A DNA stretch of 64,000 nt. Source: a virus (lineage: Duplodnaviria; Caudoviricetes). Where the stretch lies: IMG/VR virus record IMGVR_UViG_3300035498_000956. One strand, given 5' to 3'. Position numbers and translations under genes: made by a program. The first letter of the stretch is position 1. Every line of letters begins with the position of its first letter. This document shows, piece after piece, positions 31,686-40,167 of the stretch. The notes beneath the pieces were generated by a model. The model worked only from the letters and a program-made list of their open reading frames with translations, was not told where the DNA came from and made no database searches.

Positions 31686-32744
31686 CTAACCTACCTTAAT
31701 TCTATTTTTAATTAATTGAATTAACTTCTCTTGACCTCTATCAATAGGAGAATCTTTATGATTTAATAAACCATAATCATCTAATATAAAGCTCATTTGA
31801 CAGTAATTCTTATATCGTACACATTTATCCCATAACTTTTGAAAATATTTATCTCGTTCTTGTCGATTTGTAAATTCTTTATCAAAAGCTATGATAATTT
31901 CTCGCGCTCCAGCATCCATTAATAATTGGATTTGATATTTATTAAAATTACTGCCGCAAACTGCAACAGAATTATTATTAAAAATACCTTCTTGCATTAA
32001 CACTGCTTTTTCACTTTCATAAACAATAGCAAAACCACTATCTTTTATCGCTTTACTATTGAAGTTTAATCCATATAAATTATATGCTAAAGGATGAGAA
32101 TATAATGTTTTTTCTATTTTAATCGGCATATATTTACCGATAACTATGTCTTCTTCATTTAAAGAACGCGCGCGAATACCTATTAAATTATTATCTTTAT
32201 CATAATGGGGAATGATTATTTTATTACGAGAAATTGAATAGAGTATATTAAATTTATCCATAGCATCTTTTGATATTCCATCTTCAAGCCATTCTACTGG
32301 ATAATATTTATTGAACACTGATAATACATTTGGGTTATAATGTTTTAATTTAATTGACTGAATTTTTCTTGCATATTTATCGCTAATTCTTTCATATGGA
32401 ATGTCTGCAAAATCAGTCAACATTGATTGTCTATAATCTTTGTTAATTATTAATAATACGTCTTTATAAAAATCATATTTCTTATGTAACAAACTATATC
32501 GTTTTTCAAAAAGTTCGTAAATATCAAAAGTCTCATCACAACCACTATAACAATGAAATAATTTTGTATTTTTATAATAATATAATTTCATACTCGCTTC
32601 TTCTGTATCATAGTTGTGACAGATTGTTGGAAAGATAATCGCATCATTTGTTTCCATATGTCTATCTGCGCCGAGATAATAAACTAATTCAATTATTCGG
32701 TCAGAGTCTAACTCATCTCTTAAAATTCTTAATTCATTATCCAT
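31686..32744 (-). CDS. dnaG: DNA primase
   Basis: Zinc-binding CHN...CYSGC; IIIPHYD...IGIRAR; TOPRIM YESEK and IAFD; adjacent to helicase. Confidence 0.85.
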   Translation of the reverse strand: MDNELRILRDELDSDRIIELVYYLGADRHMETNDAIIFPTICHNYDTEEASMKLYYYKNTKLFHCYSGCDETFDIYELFEKRYSLLHKKYDFYKDVLLIINKDYRQSMLTDFADIPYERISDKYARKIQSIKLKHYNPNVLSVFNKYYPVEWLEDGISKDAMDKFNILYSISRNKIIIPHYDKDNNLIGIRARSLNEEDIVIGKYMPIKIEKTLYSHPLAYNLYGLNFNSKAIKDSGFAIVYESEKAVLMQEGIFNNNSVAVCGSNFNKYQIQLLMDAGAREIIIAFDKEFTNRQERDKYFQKLWDKCVRYKNYCQMSFILDDYGLLNHKDSPIDRGQEKLIQLIKNRIKVG

Positions 32745-32756
32745 TTAATCTCTCCT

Positions 32757-33497
32757 TTACAATTCCCAACTATCTATAGCTTTTTTCTTACGAGCTTTAG
32801 TGTCCATTTGACTTTGTTCTATTGATTCTTTTATTAAAGAACTACACTCATTTAACAACTCTTCCTCACTTTCTTTAATATCACATTCACATTTCTCATC
32901 ATCAAAATTTAAATTACTATTAATTTTTTCTAATTGATCTAAAATTTCTTGCTCTTGATTTGCTTGTTCTAATTCAACAGGAGTTTGATTAATTTTCTCT
33001 TCTATAAATTCAATTCCTTTTATTTCTTCAAAATTAACCATTGGTGCAGTTTTATTAAATTCTGTTACTAATTGTTGAAAATATTTGTTTGTTGGAGGAA
33101 CGAATCGTATAATTTGGAAATCTTTAACTTCACAATAATTTGCATCTGTAATGAACATATCCTCTCTTCTCATAGTTCCTAAATCAATGCGTGACCAAAT
33201 TCTAACGTCAATCCAACGTCCACGTCTAACTTTATAAACGTCTGTTACTATATTGGGGAGATAACCAAAAGGAGAACTTAATTTTTTAATCATTTCTGCA
33301 TCATCTTTACTAACTCTTGTTGTAACATATCCTACATCCGCCATATCAGCTACTGCCTTTGAACCTCTAATATATTTATATCCTTTAATACCTTTTTCAT
33401 TGTCTAAATCTCCACTTGCTTGTGTACAAGTCATTACAAATACATCGAGTTCAGTTGCTAAATCCTTTAATGCGGTTGATAGCATCCTAAGTGCAAC
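32757..33497 (-). CDS. dnaB: Replicative helicase, exon 2
   Basis: VALRMLSTALKDLATELDVFVMTCTQ, IRGSKAVADMAD, VYKVRRG. Confidence 0.88.
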   Translation of the reverse strand, partial: VALRMLSTALKDLATELDVFVMTCTQASGDLDNEKGIKGYKYIRGSKAVADMADVGYVTTRVSKDDAEMIKKLSSPFGYLPNIVTDVYKVRRGRWIDVRIWSRIDLGTMRREDMFITDANYCEVKDFQIIRFVPPTNKYFQQLVTEFNKTAPMVNFEEIKGIEFIEEKINQTPVELEQANQEQEILDQLEKINSNLNFDDEKCECDIKESEEELLNECSSLIKESIEQSQMDTKARKKKAIDSWEL

Positions 33498-33851
33498 CAT
33501 ATAAATCTTCTTATTTCTAAGAAGTATAGACTATATTTCACGATATAATCAATATCGTATAACTCTTTCGGTTTTCATTGGCTTCGTTACCTAAAACCAA
33601 GATACGTATCAATAGTATCCCTACTCCCTCATGATAAGGGATAGTCGTTACAGGTTATTTTATTTCTAAAATTTTCCCTCGGTATTACCTGCTATCTTAC
33701 GAAAGACCGTAGGTTTTCTTAGTCAGCGTATTCGTCTTTGGGATATAGCGCCATCTCGCTATTTGCGCTAGTCTTATTTAGCTGATACCGATAGCCACTT
33801 ATGTGACCCCACTGATTAGTGGAAAAGTTATTTTAAGGACATTACAAGTTT
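33498..33851 (-). mobile_element. Group I intron 5 in dnaB (ORF-less, 354 nt)
   Basis: P1 GAGGAU| pairs with GUCCUU; R TGTAACGACTAT, S ATATAGTC; terminal G33498. Removal gives RED|VAL in frame. Confidence 0.9.
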
Positions 33852-34946
33852 ATCCTCACGAATTCCTAAATCTCTAAACTCTCCTAATAAATTTGGAGAA
33901 CTAAAAATATAATCATAAAATATATTTTCAATTCCATATTTTAAAACATTTTGTCTTATAATTGTCTTTATTTGTGCAATACTAGGATCGCTTACGCGAA
34001 CAAATATAAAGTTATCAGAAAATAATTCAATTATTTGAATTGCAATTTCCGTTCTTTGTTTTTCTTCATCATTTAATAAGCCATATGTATATTTATCTTC
34101 ATTAATATCTGTTAAATATGACCAAATCATTGTTTGATATTCATCAACATCTTGCTCTGTTCCTATGAACAGGACTTTTTCACACGAACCAGTAGCTACC
34201 CACTGACCAATAGATGAGTCGAAGCGTATCGGATATGCTAAATAACAAGCTTGTGAAACCATAATCCTCGATTTGCCCGTATTAGTTGGACTCGTCTGAA
34301 GATACATTTTTCCTTTTCTCGCTCCACGACATATTGTATTATAAATATCTCCTTGTAACGGAGCGCCAACTTCAGGAGTTTGGCATAAATTATTTAATAA
34401 TTCTCTAGCATTTTTTGTAATTTTCTCAATTTCAACTTCAGAACCAAATAAATAATTACTTTCAAGCTCCGCTACATTACCTTTTACTATTGATAAAATA
34501 TTCTTTACTGTTAAAGTTTCAAATTTTTCATTAATCTTTTTTTGTTTTGGATTTAATATATCTTCACAATAAATATGATTTGTCTTATAACCTAACTTAT
34601 TTAAATCTCTTAGCAAATTAAATTTCTTTAATTTATTATAATAATAATTAAAATTTTCTGGCTGTGACACATCAAGTGCATCTTGCAAAAATTCAATTCC
34701 TTTTTGTTCTTGAAAAACTGCATAAATTGCGGGATTATCTTTTAAATAATTATCAATATCAATTTCACTAACTATTTCTGCATCATTCACGTATAAATTA
34801 TATATTGCTGAAAAACAATATTTTTCTAATTGACTTTCAAAATCGCCTACGGTTATATTATATTGGTCTATAAGACCTAATAAAGAAGGCTTTTTCATTA
34901 AATCTCCAAGAACTTGGAGAATTATATATTTATCTGTTTTTATCAC
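33852..34946 (-). CDS. dnaB: Replicative helicase, exon 1 (spliced product 611 aa)
   Basis: Walker A SPTNTGKS, FIGTEQ, Walker B IFYDYI. Confidence 0.9.
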
Positions 34947-34959
34947 CTAAAGCCCTCCT

Positions 34960-35490
34960 TTATATTTCGTTTAAATCAATTGTCTTTTTAATCTTTTTAT
35001 GTCGTTTTTGCGGAGAAATTTGAACTGTAATTTTTTCTTGTTCGTTTTGCTTTTCAATTGCTTCTTGAAAATCATTTTGCTTTTGTCTTTGTCCTTCCCA
35101 GTAGGCTCGTGCCTCATCAATAACATGAGGCACTATTCCTATTGTTTTCTTTGTAATTGGCATTTTTCTTATTTCATAAAAATATTTTAATGTTTGATAT
35201 GTTTGTTTGTATGTAATTCCTTGTTTGCGAAATTTTTCTATTTGTGTTAAATTCCACTTAGATATATCTTCATGAAATAATAAAATTATATAATCAACTA
35301 GTTCTTTTTTATCGTTTGCTAATTGCTGTTGAACTTTAATTGCTTGTGGGTCTTGATTTAAATAACGAGTTACTGTTCCTACTGAAATCCCCAACTCTTT
35401 TGCGACAGCACTCTTATTATGCATTTTTTCATATAGAACATATATTTGTTCTATTTGCTCTTGTGCAATTCTACTCATATCTTTAATCAC
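34960..35490 (-). CDS. HTH-containing protein upstream of helicase (possible replication accessory)
   Basis: NKSAVAKELGISVGTVTRYL helix-turn-helix; co-transcribed with dnaB. Confidence 0.7.
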   Translation of the reverse strand: MIKDMSRIAQEQIEQIYVLYEKMHNKSAVAKELGISVGTVTRYLNQDPQAIKVQQQLANDKKELVDYIILLFHEDISKWNLTQIEKFRKQGITYKQTYQTLKYFYEIRKMPITKKTIGIVPHVIDEARAYWEGQRQKQNDFQEAIEKQNEQEKITVQISPQKRHKKIKKTIDLNEI

Positions 35491-35544
35491 CTTTCCTCTT
35501 TTTTACTATAATAATTATATCATAGATCAAAAGAAAAGTCAACT

Positions 35545-36741
35545 TTAACATTCATCTAAATATTGGGCGGCAGAAGCAGTTAAGCTACGTTCATTTGATG
35601 AAAGTTTAACCATACCAAAAATAGATGCAAATTGTGAGGACTTTCTTAATTGAGATAAAATTCTTAATCCGTTTTTATTTCTGAAAAGTTGACTATCGGC
35701 TTGTTTAATATCTCCGTCAAAGAAAATTCGAGTATTTTCTCCACAACGTCCGATTAATAGTTTTAAATGGTCTTCTGTTAAATTCTGTGCTTCATTGGCA
35801 ATTATAATGCTATTTTTAAAACTACGTCCACGAATATAGCCAAGAGGAACTATTTCTAATTGCCCCTTATCTAAATAACCTTGAACGTAATCTGCACCGA
35901 TTAAATCAATTAATGGACCAATAGAAGGTAATGCTTTATCATTAGCATCTCCAGGGAGAAAACCTAATTCCATGGCGTTTTCAGTATAAGCGTTATTAGG
36001 AATATAAACTATTTTATCAATGCGATTTTTTAATAACTCTTGCATTGCATAGTTATTTAACAACCAGCTTTTTCCACTGCCATAATTACCTATCGCCGCG
36101 ACAATTGTAATTGATGGGGTATTTAATAATTGCAATAAGCAATCTTGTTCTTTGTTTCTGCCTTTTACTTCCTCAAAACTATTAATTACGTGCTTATGAA
36201 CAGGAATGTAATTTCCTTTACGATATTGTCTTAAATCCAAGATTTCATCATTTTGATTTTTAAAAAGTACAAATTCATTTTCGTAAATTTGCTCATTATT
36301 AATAATATTTCCATGTTCATTATTTAAAATTGATTCTAATTCTGCACTATATAAATTTTCATCTGTCTCTAGTACTACAGTTACAATACCTTCATAATCA
36401 TCTGATTTACTATAACCAATAGCAGTCACATTTTGTGCTTGAGCTTGTACTTTTAAATATATATCATTAGTTACAATTGGAACATCATAATCTTTCGCGG
36501 CGGAAATCAATTGTAAATCAACAGCATCATTTCTAGTAACTGTATCAAATTGAATTTTATCCATATTCCTACTGATTTTAATTGCAGCTCTTCTAGCATT
36601 AAAAGCAGTTTCTTGATTTAGATTATTTTTTAATCCATCTAATTCTCTTAATACGCCTAATGTTAAAATTGGTTGTTCATAGTCATCTATAACATTTGGG
36701 AAATCTAATAATACACATGAGTCTATAATTCCTATCTTCAT
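35545..36741 (-). CDS. phoH: PIN-PhoH family ATPase
   Basis: PIN IIDSCVLL...VLRELDGLK...VTNDIYL; GNYGSGKS; YIRGRSF; NEAQNL; GDIKQAD. Confidence 0.92.
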   Translation of the reverse strand: MKIGIIDSCVLLDFPNVIDDYEQPILTLGVLRELDGLKNNLNQETAFNARRAAIKISRNMDKIQFDTVTRNDAVDLQLISAAKDYDVPIVTNDIYLKVQAQAQNVTAIGYSKSDDYEGIVTVVLETDENLYSAELESILNNEHGNIINNEQIYENEFVLFKNQNDEILDLRQYRKGNYIPVHKHVINSFEEVKGRNKEQDCLLQLLNTPSITIVAAIGNYGSGKSWLLNNYAMQELLKNRIDKIVYIPNNAYTENAMELGFLPGDANDKALPSIGPLIDLIGADYVQGYLDKGQLEIVPLGYIRGRSFKNSIIIANEAQNLTEDHLKLLIGRCGENTRIFFDGDIKQADSQLFRNKNGLRILSQLRKSSQFASIFGMVKLSSNERSLTASAAQYLDEC

Positions 36742-36768
36742 TCGAATCCTCCGTTTTATAACAAAAAT

Positions 36769-36796
36769 AGGGAGAAATCCTAAAGACTTCTCCCTT
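36769..36796 (-). terminator. Intrinsic terminator
   Basis: AGGGAGAA / TTCTCCCT stem with a T-tract on the minus strand. Confidence 0.6.
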
Positions 36797-36817
36797 TAAA
36801 TCTCAAAGAATTAAATT

Positions 36818-37768
36818 CTATAATTCTTTAATTTGGTCAAGAGCCTTAGATAATAAATCTTTATCATCTTCAGTAATCTGAGAGAATTTCGTCTCCTTTC
36901 CAAATACTTTATTTAAAATTTCTAATACTTCATTTTGTCTATTGACTTTTATCATACTAGACCATATTTCTTTTGCTTCATTCATCAAATCATCAAATGA
37001 TTTTTCATAGTATGGATTAACTTCATTGGTAGCTGTATCTCCAGTTTCAGCGGCTTGTTTATCAATAGCATCATAGATTGAATTAACAAAATTCTCATAA
37101 GAAAATTCAATTTTATCAACCATGTATTTGTATCTTGAACCAGCCAAGAATCTGTCGTTTCCTCTAAAGAACATATAAGCTTTTTCTTCATTATCATTAA
37201 CTTTTATGCGGCGGATATAAGCAATTATATCAACCATTTTATTAATGATATTGTAAGGACGAGTTGGCAACGCTGGAACAATTTGAGTATATTCCTCGCC
37301 TTTTTCGTCTTTAAATGTCTTTTCTGTTGAGTGAGAAACGAAAATTAAACCATAACCGAGAAAAGCTAAATCATAAAATGCTCTTTGAAATTCCTTAGAA
37401 GCCATATCATAACCTTGACCATAAGGAATATCACCTAACTTTTCTACACCATTTTGATTACAAATCCATTTTACACAAGCTTCCCACGCTATATCGCAAG
37501 TATCAATACCAAGTGTATTAAACTTTTCTTGAACTTGAGGCATTTTAGCTTGTTTAATTAATTGTTTAAATTCATCCCAGCTTTTTACGGGCTGAACATA
37601 CACATTATTTAACGCATTACTACCGGGTTCAAAAGAACATAACAAACATTTTTCAAATTTTGAAACTAATGTTGTCTTGCCTACTTTTGGAAGTCCGTAA
37701 ACCAAAGTAAACTTACCTTTAAGATTTTTACTAATAACTTGTGGTTCTAAATTCATTAAATCTATCAT
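36818..37768 (-). CDS. AAA-family (Sak4-like) recombination ATPase
   Basis: YGLPKVGKTT, GIDTCD, IFVSHS, VDIIAY, AGSR; adjacent to SSB. Confidence 0.8.
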   Translation of the reverse strand: MIDLMNLEPQVISKNLKGKFTLVYGLPKVGKTTLVSKFEKCLLCSFEPGSNALNNVYVQPVKSWDEFKQLIKQAKMPQVQEKFNTLGIDTCDIAWEACVKWICNQNGVEKLGDIPYGQGYDMASKEFQRAFYDLAFLGYGLIFVSHSTEKTFKDEKGEEYTQIVPALPTRPYNIINKMVDIIAYIRRIKVNDNEEKAYMFFRGNDRFLAGSRYKYMVDKIEFSYENFVNSIYDAIDKQAAETGDTATNEVNPYYEKSFDDLMNEAKEIWSSMIKVNRQNEVLEILNKVFGKETKFSQITEDDKDLLSKALDQIKEL

Positions 37769-37828
37769 ATAATATCCTCCAAACTAAACATATAACTCTC
37801 ATTTTAAACTTAAAAATCTTAAATTTAA

Positions 37829-37852
37829 GCAATAGAGGGATTACCTCTATTG
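37829..37852 (-). terminator. Hairpin terminator after ssb
   Basis: GCAATAGAGG / CCTCTATTGC stem. Confidence 0.6.
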
Positions 37853-37864
37853 CATTTACTTCCA

Positions 37865-38767
37865 TTAGAATCCAAAATCATTCATATCATTCTTCTTAGG
37901 CTTTGGAGCAGAACTCTTATTCTTCATCGCTTCAATTCTACCCTTTCTTTCACTAAGAACAACCTTTATATCATCTGCATCGTAAGAAAATTCCTCTTCA
38001 AGACCACTCTTTGAACCAGAAGCAAGAATTAATTCCTTAGAAGTCTTAGTTCTTGTACGAGTTATATCCTCACCAAATCCCATCTCTTCCTTATAAGTTT
38101 CAACTGTTTGACTATAAACAATGTAACCAGCTATCTTAACTGTATCGCCCTTGTTCCAATAAGTCTTAACGTGATTCTTTGCATTCTCATCTGTAATATA
38201 TACATCAATGATATCTGCCTTACCATTATAACCTATTACAATTGCTTTAAGAATTAGTCTACCAGTTGGATTACCTTCCTTATCATATTCCTCATCGATA
38301 TCGTTACCAACAACACAAGTCATTTGGAACTTAGCTCTTTGTTCAAAAGGAGCTGTCTTACTCTTCTTGGAAATGAAATTAGTTGATACTTGCCAACCTG
38401 TACGTTCCATCTTAGTTGATGGATCTACCCAAAGATTTTCTTCAAGCTTACCACGATTAATTATTACTCTATCTGCTTGAGATGGTTCATCTGCCGCCGC
38501 GAGAGACGTATAATCTTCTGCCATTTGAGCGATAGAATTATAGATTTGATTCTCGCCGCCATCCTTCTTCAATCTCATTGAGAACATTCTTACAGGAATT
38601 TCTTCCTCGTAAACTTGACCCTTAATTTCTTGGTCAACACCAATTATTGCCTTTGCAGAAATATAATCTCTGCCATCATTAGTTGTTCTCTTGTCTACTT
38701 CTAATTCCTTTAAAATACCTTCGATTTCAACTACATTTTCACATTGCTTAGTTCTAATATTTAACAT
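37865..38767 (-). CDS. Single-stranded DNA-binding protein (two OB-like halves)
   Basis: NVVEIEGILKE start, KGDTVKIAG, acidic-aromatic tail NDMNDFGF; GGAGG RBS before ATG 38767. Confidence 0.72.
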   Translation of the reverse strand: MLNIRTKQCENVVEIEGILKELEVDKRTTNDGRDYISAKAIIGVDQEIKGQVYEEEIPVRMFSMRLKKDGGENQIYNSIAQMAEDYTSLAAADEPSQADRVIINRGKLEENLWVDPSTKMERTGWQVSTNFISKKSKTAPFEQRAKFQMTCVVGNDIDEEYDKEGNPTGRLILKAIVIGYNGKADIIDVYITDENAKNHVKTYWNKGDTVKIAGYIVYSQTVETYKEEMGFGEDITRTRTKTSKELILASGSKSGLEEEFSYDADDIKVVLSERKGRIEAMKNKSSAPKPKKNDMNDFGF

Positions 38768-38835
38768 ACACATATCCTCCAAAGATAACACTTTATTCAT
38801 TTATTTTTTTTTACATTATAGAGATAAACTCTAAG

Positions 38836-38907
38836 CTAGAGAGGTAGGATTCGAACCTACGTATCATAAAATCAAAATTTATTGTCTCACCACTTGACTA
38901 CTCTCTA
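38836..38907 (-). tRNA. tRNA-Gln(TTG)
   Basis: TAGAGAG acceptor stem, ATAAA-TTTTGAT-TTTAT anticodon arm, GTAGG-TTCGAAT-CCTAC T arm; no encoded CCA. Confidence 0.9.
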
Positions 38908-38930
38908 ATTTCTCTTGATTTTCTATAATT

Positions 38931-38959
38931 ATTATATCATAATCTATAGGAAAAATCAA
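38931..38959 (-). promoter_or_regulatory. Sigma-A-type promoter for tRNA-Gln and ssb
   Basis: TTGATT-17 nt-TATAAT with extended TG. Confidence 0.7.
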
Positions 38960-38964
38960 TTAAG

Positions 38965-39037
38965 TGAAACTGGGGAGATTTGAACTCCCGACTTCCAAAT
39001 TAAAAGTTTGGCATTCTTCCGACTGAATTACAATTTC
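38965..39037 (-). tRNA. tRNA-Lys(TTT)
   Basis: CCAAA-CTTTTAA-TTTGG anticodon arm, GGGAG-TTCAAAT-CTCCC T arm. Confidence 0.9.
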
Positions 39038-39043
39038 ATTTAA

Positions 39044-39114
39044 AGCAAGTAGAGGTAATCGAAACCTCATCTTGTGCTTGGGAAGCACACATTCTACCGT
39101 TGAACTATACCTGC
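39044..39114 (-). tRNA. tRNA-Gly(CCC)
   Basis: GCAGGTA acceptor stem, TGTGC-TTCCCAA-GCACA anticodon arm, GAGGT-TTCGATT-ACCTC T arm. Confidence 0.88.
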
Positions 39115-39118
39115 ATAT

Positions 39119-39139
39119 TAGAGGGGAAAGTCCCCTCTA
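39119..39139 (-). terminator. Hairpin after small winged-helix gene
   Basis: TAGAGGGGA / TCCCCTCTA inverted repeat. Confidence 0.6.
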
Positions 39140-39144
39140 TTTAA

Positions 39145-39420
39145 TTACTCTTCTACCTGAGCATCTGGATCGTAATTTAGACCAGCTTCATTTAGTTGGA
39201 AATACTTAACTTCCTTTTGCTTACCATCAACTTCAACTGTTTCTGTTGACTTATCAACTAGACCCTTCTTAGCTAGACCAGTAACAGAACCAGTAACAGA
39301 ACCAGCCTTTTCAAAGCCTAGTGCAGTCATAACATCCTTGCAGGTAAACTTTGTACCGTAGTTATCCTTTAGAAATTGTAGTACCTTTCTTGAATTTTCA
39401 GACATTGGTTTCTTTGCCAT
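39145..39420 (-). CDS. Small winged-helix DNA-binding protein
   Basis: SENSRKVLQFLK...FTCKDVMTALG...SVTGSVTGLAKKGLV...YFQLNEAG wHTH pattern. Confidence 0.75.
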   Translation of the reverse strand: MAKKPMSENSRKVLQFLKDNYGTKFTCKDVMTALGFEKAGSVTGSVTGLAKKGLVDKSTETVEVDGKQKEVKYFQLNEAGLNYDPDAQVEE

Positions 39421-39496
39421 AATTAAATCTCTCCTTTTAAATTAAAAATTATTTTATTTTTTAAATAGCTCGTTTTGCTATTTAACTTACTTAAAT

Positions 39497-39712
39497 ATTA
39501 TATCATAGGATTAAGAATTTTTCAATATCTTTAAAGCTTAATGCCTTTAAAAAATTTTTTTTCTTTTTCTTTTCTCAATCACTATAATTATTATACCATA
39601 ACTTTTGATTAAAGTCAACTATATGAACTTTTCAATGGTATTAAGAAAATCATTTAATATTTCTTGTTTGATTTTCTATAATTATTATATCATAACCTAC
39701 AACTAAAGTCAA
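39497..39712 (-). promoter_or_regulatory. Three tandem sigma-A-type promoters
   Basis: TTGA(A/C)(A/T)-17 nt-TGnTATAAT with -10 boxes at 39497-39502, 39590-39595 and 39684-39689. Confidence 0.8.
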
Positions 39713-40098
39713 TTAGCATCAATGTCGCGTTGTATTGGCGTTTGTAACTTTTTAGCTAATTCTTGTACTGTTACAGAAGCTTCTTTCATATAACGATATT
39801 GAGCTTCCATACGAGCCGCCGCAAGATGTAAACAAGTTGCAATTAAATTAACGTCAAACATTGTTAACTCTTCATGATCTAAAATCTTACGTCTTAACTT
39901 TTCATATGTATCTACACTTGATCTATAAGATTCATAAAAAGGTCGATCTTCATCTTTTATATCTAAAGTGACTTTACCCTCTTTCTCTTTATCAAGCATA
40001 TCTACAACTTCTTGTAATTTATCTATAGCAGTTTCTACTGCCGCAAGAATTGGTTTTTCATTTTCTTTTACTAATTCTATTTTTTCTTGAAGTTCCAT
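39709..40098 (-). CDS. Hypothetical helical protein
   Basis: ORF with RBS and upstream promoter-like sequence. Confidence 0.65.
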   Translation of the reverse strand: MELQEKIELVKENEKPILAAVETAIDKLQEVVDMLDKEKEGKVTLDIKDEDRPFYESYRSSVDTYEKLRRKILDHEELTMFDVNLIATCLHLAAARMEAQYRYMKEASVTVQELAKKLQTPIQRDIDAN

Positions 40099-40167
40099 CC
40101 TTATCTCACCTCACTATAAATATTATACTATAGGCTAATAAAAATATCAATAGGTATAAAGTAGGGA

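Noticed and set aside
32757-33500. Independent gene starting MVALRML
   Set aside because: The ATG is the last three bases of the intron; this is dnaB exon 2.
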